The position numbers and the translations under genes were made by a program. A stretch of 64,000 nt of DNA, from contig JBLDXI010000042.1 of assembly GCA_047495785.1 (NCBI GenBank), forward strand, positions 3,038,001-3,102,000. The letters run 5' to 3'. This document shows, piece after piece, positions 61,109 to 64,000 of this stretch (position 1 is the first letter of the stretch; every line of letters begins with the position of its first letter). The notes under the pieces are model-generated. The model saw nothing but the letters and a program-made list of their open reading frames with translations. It made no database searches and had not been told where the DNA came from. Source of the stretch: Lepidodermella squamata (lineage: Eukaryota; Animalia; Gastrotricha).

Positions 61109-62422
61109 ATGAAGGTCACGGTTGGCGGCTCAACTGTTGTCAGCAATCATCCTTCAGAAAACCACAAGCTTCTAAACGTTGTAGCAGTGAGCCCGAGGGC
61201 CTCAACGAAATCCAGCTTTAGTCGACGACAGTTCAAACCTTCAGGTAGACTCTGCCTAAGAGCAACGCGGAAAATTTGTGAAGGGATCACAGGATTCGGA
61301 CGTTCTGGTGGTGTATTGCCAGCGATTTGCTGGGTTTTAGTCGGAGTCTTCATTACGAACGTGTTACAGCGACCAACACAATTATGTATGAGCAAGCGTA
61401 ATGGCAGCATCTCGACAACAGGTTTCGTCGAAACTATCTTCCAATCATTGAACAATGAATCAAAAAGCGTTGCCGACATATTGGCGGACAGGATACGAGT
61501 TCTATGCATAGTAGTCACAACTAAAAACAATCACGATAGTAGGGCTGCGACTGTTAGCCGAACATGGGGAAAGCGATGTACACAGCTCGTATTCGCGACG
61601 GATGCGGAGGATGTAGAGCTCCCTAGGACGATCGTTGCAATCAACAAAACTACCCATGACCAACTTTGGTCCAAAACCTACGCAGGTTTCGAATGGGCCT
61701 ATGATGAGCACCTCAATGATTTCGACTGGTTTCTCAAGGCTGATGACGATACTTACATTTTCATGGAGAATCTTAGAGCTTTGTTAATTGATTACAACCC
61801 GAACGATGGAGTCTTCCTTGGCAGGGAGTATCGTCCGTTCAACTGGAGTGATCCAGAATCGTATCACTCTGGAGGCCCCGGCTATGTTCTGAGCCGAGGG
61901 GCCTTGGTCAAACTAGTCGAACAAGCCTTTAGGAACGTGACGCAATTCTGCTTTGACTATGATACTGAGTGGCCTGAAGGTATGTGTAAGCATTTGGCTT
62001 CGGACTCTTCAATTCTATGTATTGTTATAATTTTCATGCTAATAGATGTGGCTATGGCTGAATGTTTAGCCGAAGTCGGCGTTCCAACGATAGACACGCC
62101 AGATCACGTAAATAGGGCTCGGTTCATCCCTACTGCAGTCATCGATAGTTTGACCCCAGGCGAATTGCGGAAGACCGGATGGCTTTGGGATTACATGAAC
62201 AATTTCACAGATGGTGAAGAATGTTGTTCAAGTATAGCAATCGGCTTTCATTACGTATACCCTGAAGACATGGTACTTTACGAGTACATTGTGTATAGAT
62301 TGCATTTATTTGGTAGGAATGTTTATGAAAACAATTACGCGCTCGCGAAGTTGACGCGAGAAACTGTTGTAGAGACTTTGAACATGAAAGGATACGCGGA
62401 AATAAAGACACCTCCTGCATGA
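61109..62422 (+). CDS. C1GALT1: C1GALT1-like glycosyltransferase, copy B5; intron 61980-62045 (66 nt, in frame)
   Basis: Same motifs; first ATG at 61109. Confidence 0.92.
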   Translation: MKVTVGGSTVVSNHPSENHKLLNVVAVSPRASTKSSFSRRQFKPSGRLCLRATRKICEGITGFGRSGGVLPAICWVLVGVFITNVLQRPTQLCMSKRNGSISTTGFVETIFQSLNNESKSVADILADRIRVLCIVVTTKNNHDSRAATVSRTWGKRCTQLVFATDAEDVELPRTIVAINKTTHDQLWSKTYAGFEWAYDEHLNDFDWFLKADDDTYIFMENLRALLIDYNPNDGVFLGREYRPFNWSDPESYHSGGPGYVLSRGALVKLVEQAFRNVTQFCFDYDTEWPEGMCKHLASDSSILCIVIIFMLIDVAMAECLAEVGVPTIDTPDHVNRARFIPTAVIDSLTPGELRKTGWLWDYMNNFTDGEECCSSIAIGFHYVYPEDMVLYEYIVYRLHLFGRNVYENNYALAKLTRETVVETLNMKGYAEIKTPPA

Positions 62423-62855
62423 CGCTTCTTGATGATGTTTATTCATTGAGCCTTTACAGTCTATGTTGCAGATAGCGGCAGTCTGGGGTAGTAGCTACAC
62501 GAAATGCGACTTATTTCAGCTGCGCAAATATGAAAGTAGTGTTCATGCGAATAGAGAGTTGTGTCGGCCGTGCTTGGCGTACTGGTCCCGGTGCTTCGCT
62601 TTCGACTTCTACGACACAAAATCAGGGGGCTTGTTTTGAGTAAAGCACCTTTAGGTTCAACGGAGATCAATTAGAGAATCAATTTTGAATTAATTTCCAA
62701 CATGCTTGAAACTAACGGATATCCTTTGCGGTGAAGTTCTCATCTTAATTTTCTACGCCAAGCGTGTCTGCTGTTCTCTCCCAGGAAGTGAAATGGCGCG
62801 ATGTGAAAACGGAGAAGAATAAGAGGAAAGTGGGCGGAGGGATTGCGCAATATAA

Positions 62856-64000
62856 ATGCGAATAATGAAGCTCAAAGATCGACATTGTTCATATTGCGAG
62901 GCAAATAGGGTCTTCGAAATGATCTTGATGCCTTTGACCGCCCTGTTAAGCTGGATAGGGCAGAAGCCAGTAACGGCCGAGATCAACATGACTTCAATCA
63001 TGAGTCCTATCGAAAAGCCTTACACCATCAAACTGCTGAACATGCTACCCACTTGGCTTACTTCGAGCGTCAAAACGGTTGAATTGCTCACTCTTATCGT
63101 AAATTCCAGGCGAGATGTCTTGCCAAACTATCGACTGGAGGTTCAAATCGAGGATGACGATGTTGGCAGGCTGTCATCCCAGCGGGTGATTTCATTCGCC
63201 CGTCAATTTAATGGCATGACGAATCGATCAATCGTTCAATCGCCAATAGTTGTTGGACCCTTTTATTCAACTGGGTGTAAGCAAATCGGGAAATTCATGC
63301 ATTACATCAATCAAGTCGACATAGCCACCAGCTGTACATCCCCAGTTCTCAACGATCGTCAGCTGTACCGCAATCTATACCTGACCCAAACAACTGACAA
63401 GTACACAGCTCAGCCAATACTCAACTTCATCAGAGAGATTGGTAAATGGAATAAAATCGCGATAATCTCTCACACAGGGTCTGCAAACGACTACTCAAAT
63501 GCTATATTCATCCACCAGAAAGCTGTGGAGGCTAATTTCACAGTAAAATGGTTTGACCTGGTTGACGGGGCTGTTATGACTGACGAGGCGATAATATCCC
63601 TGAAAGAATCGGATGCTCGCATAATAATTGCTTACATGTCAGACCTGAATATGCTCTATTCTTTCATATGCAAGACTCTGCAGTTTGGTTTAACCGGCCC
63701 GAAGTACGTCTTTATTCTGAACCTTGAATCTTACATAGATGATTATAGCGGAAGGCCGACATTTTGCTCGGATGAAGATTTTGAGAAACAAATGCCGAGT
63801 AGCTACTGGTTCGGACTTTCAATCTCATCGGCTGACAATAAACTCAAAACCCAGCTGGGCTATAGTTCTTTCGAGTTTGATGAGGCCATCTCGAAGTTAA
63901 CAAATGGATCTGTTAGGGAGGCCCATCCTGCAACACACGACAGCTTGCTGCTGGCAGTCATGGCTTTGGACAACACCGAGAAAGAGTTAGCGAAGCTTAA
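62856..64000 (+). CDS. GABA-B-like class C GPCR, N-terminal VFT portion (open to the window end)
   Basis: Uninterrupted frame with VNSRRDVLPNYRLEVQIEDD, VVGPFYSTGC, SPVLNDRQLY, LKESDARIII, FICKTLQFGLTGPKYVFI, THDSLLLAVMALD. Missed by the ORF track because there is no stop. Confidence 0.88.
   Translation, partial: MRIMKLKDRHCSYCEANRVFEMILMPLTALLSWIGQKPVTAEINMTSIMSPIEKPYTIKLLNMLPTWLTSSVKTVELLTLIVNSRRDVLPNYRLEVQIEDDDVGRLSSQRVISFARQFNGMTNRSIVQSPIVVGPFYSTGCKQIGKFMHYINQVDIATSCTSPVLNDRQLYRNLYLTQTTDKYTAQPILNFIREIGKWNKIAIISHTGSANDYSNAIFIHQKAVEANFTVKWFDLVDGAVMTDEAIISLKESDARIIIAYMSDLNMLYSFICKTLQFGLTGPKYVFILNLESYIDDYSGRPTFCSDEDFEKQMPSSYWFGLSISSADNKLKTQLGYSSFEFDEAISKLTNGSVREAHPATHDSLLLAVMALDNTEKELAKL

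Overview
Eukaryotic (invertebrate animal) genomic DNA: AT-rich, with many 46-66 nt GT-AG introns and a dense load of MITEs and transposon relics. The taxon cannot be named from the sequence. Main content, left to right: (1) a previously unrecognisable small-protein family. It has three two-exon 104-120 aa genes, four intact 47-50 aa single-exon microprotein genes and one decayed copy, all sharing an N-terminal F-N-R-(F/M)-(I/V)-(D/E)-x-V-I-D...AK helix and basic phospho-motifs. Most of it is missed by the ORF track. (2) Two C2H2 zinc-finger genes. (3) Intronless, divergent GABA-B-like class C GPCRs: two complete, one running off the window and one pseudogene. (4) A minimal type I hammerhead ribozyme of the Penelope-LTR kind. 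(5) A PLAT-less pancreatic-lipase-family gene and a decayed TPR-SET pseudogene. (6) A 12-exon AMPA-type ionotropic glutamate receptor with a genomically encoded Arg at the Q/R site and two possible C-tails; one intron holds a three-layer transposon nest including a MULE with a C2H2-FLYWCH-transposase gene missing catalytic residues. (7) A segmentally duplicated block with an orphan secreted protein, a PAN-domain protein and a tandem array of core-1 beta-1,3-galactosyltransferase (GT31) genes showing patchwork gene conversion. All gene models were derived by eye; no searches were run.
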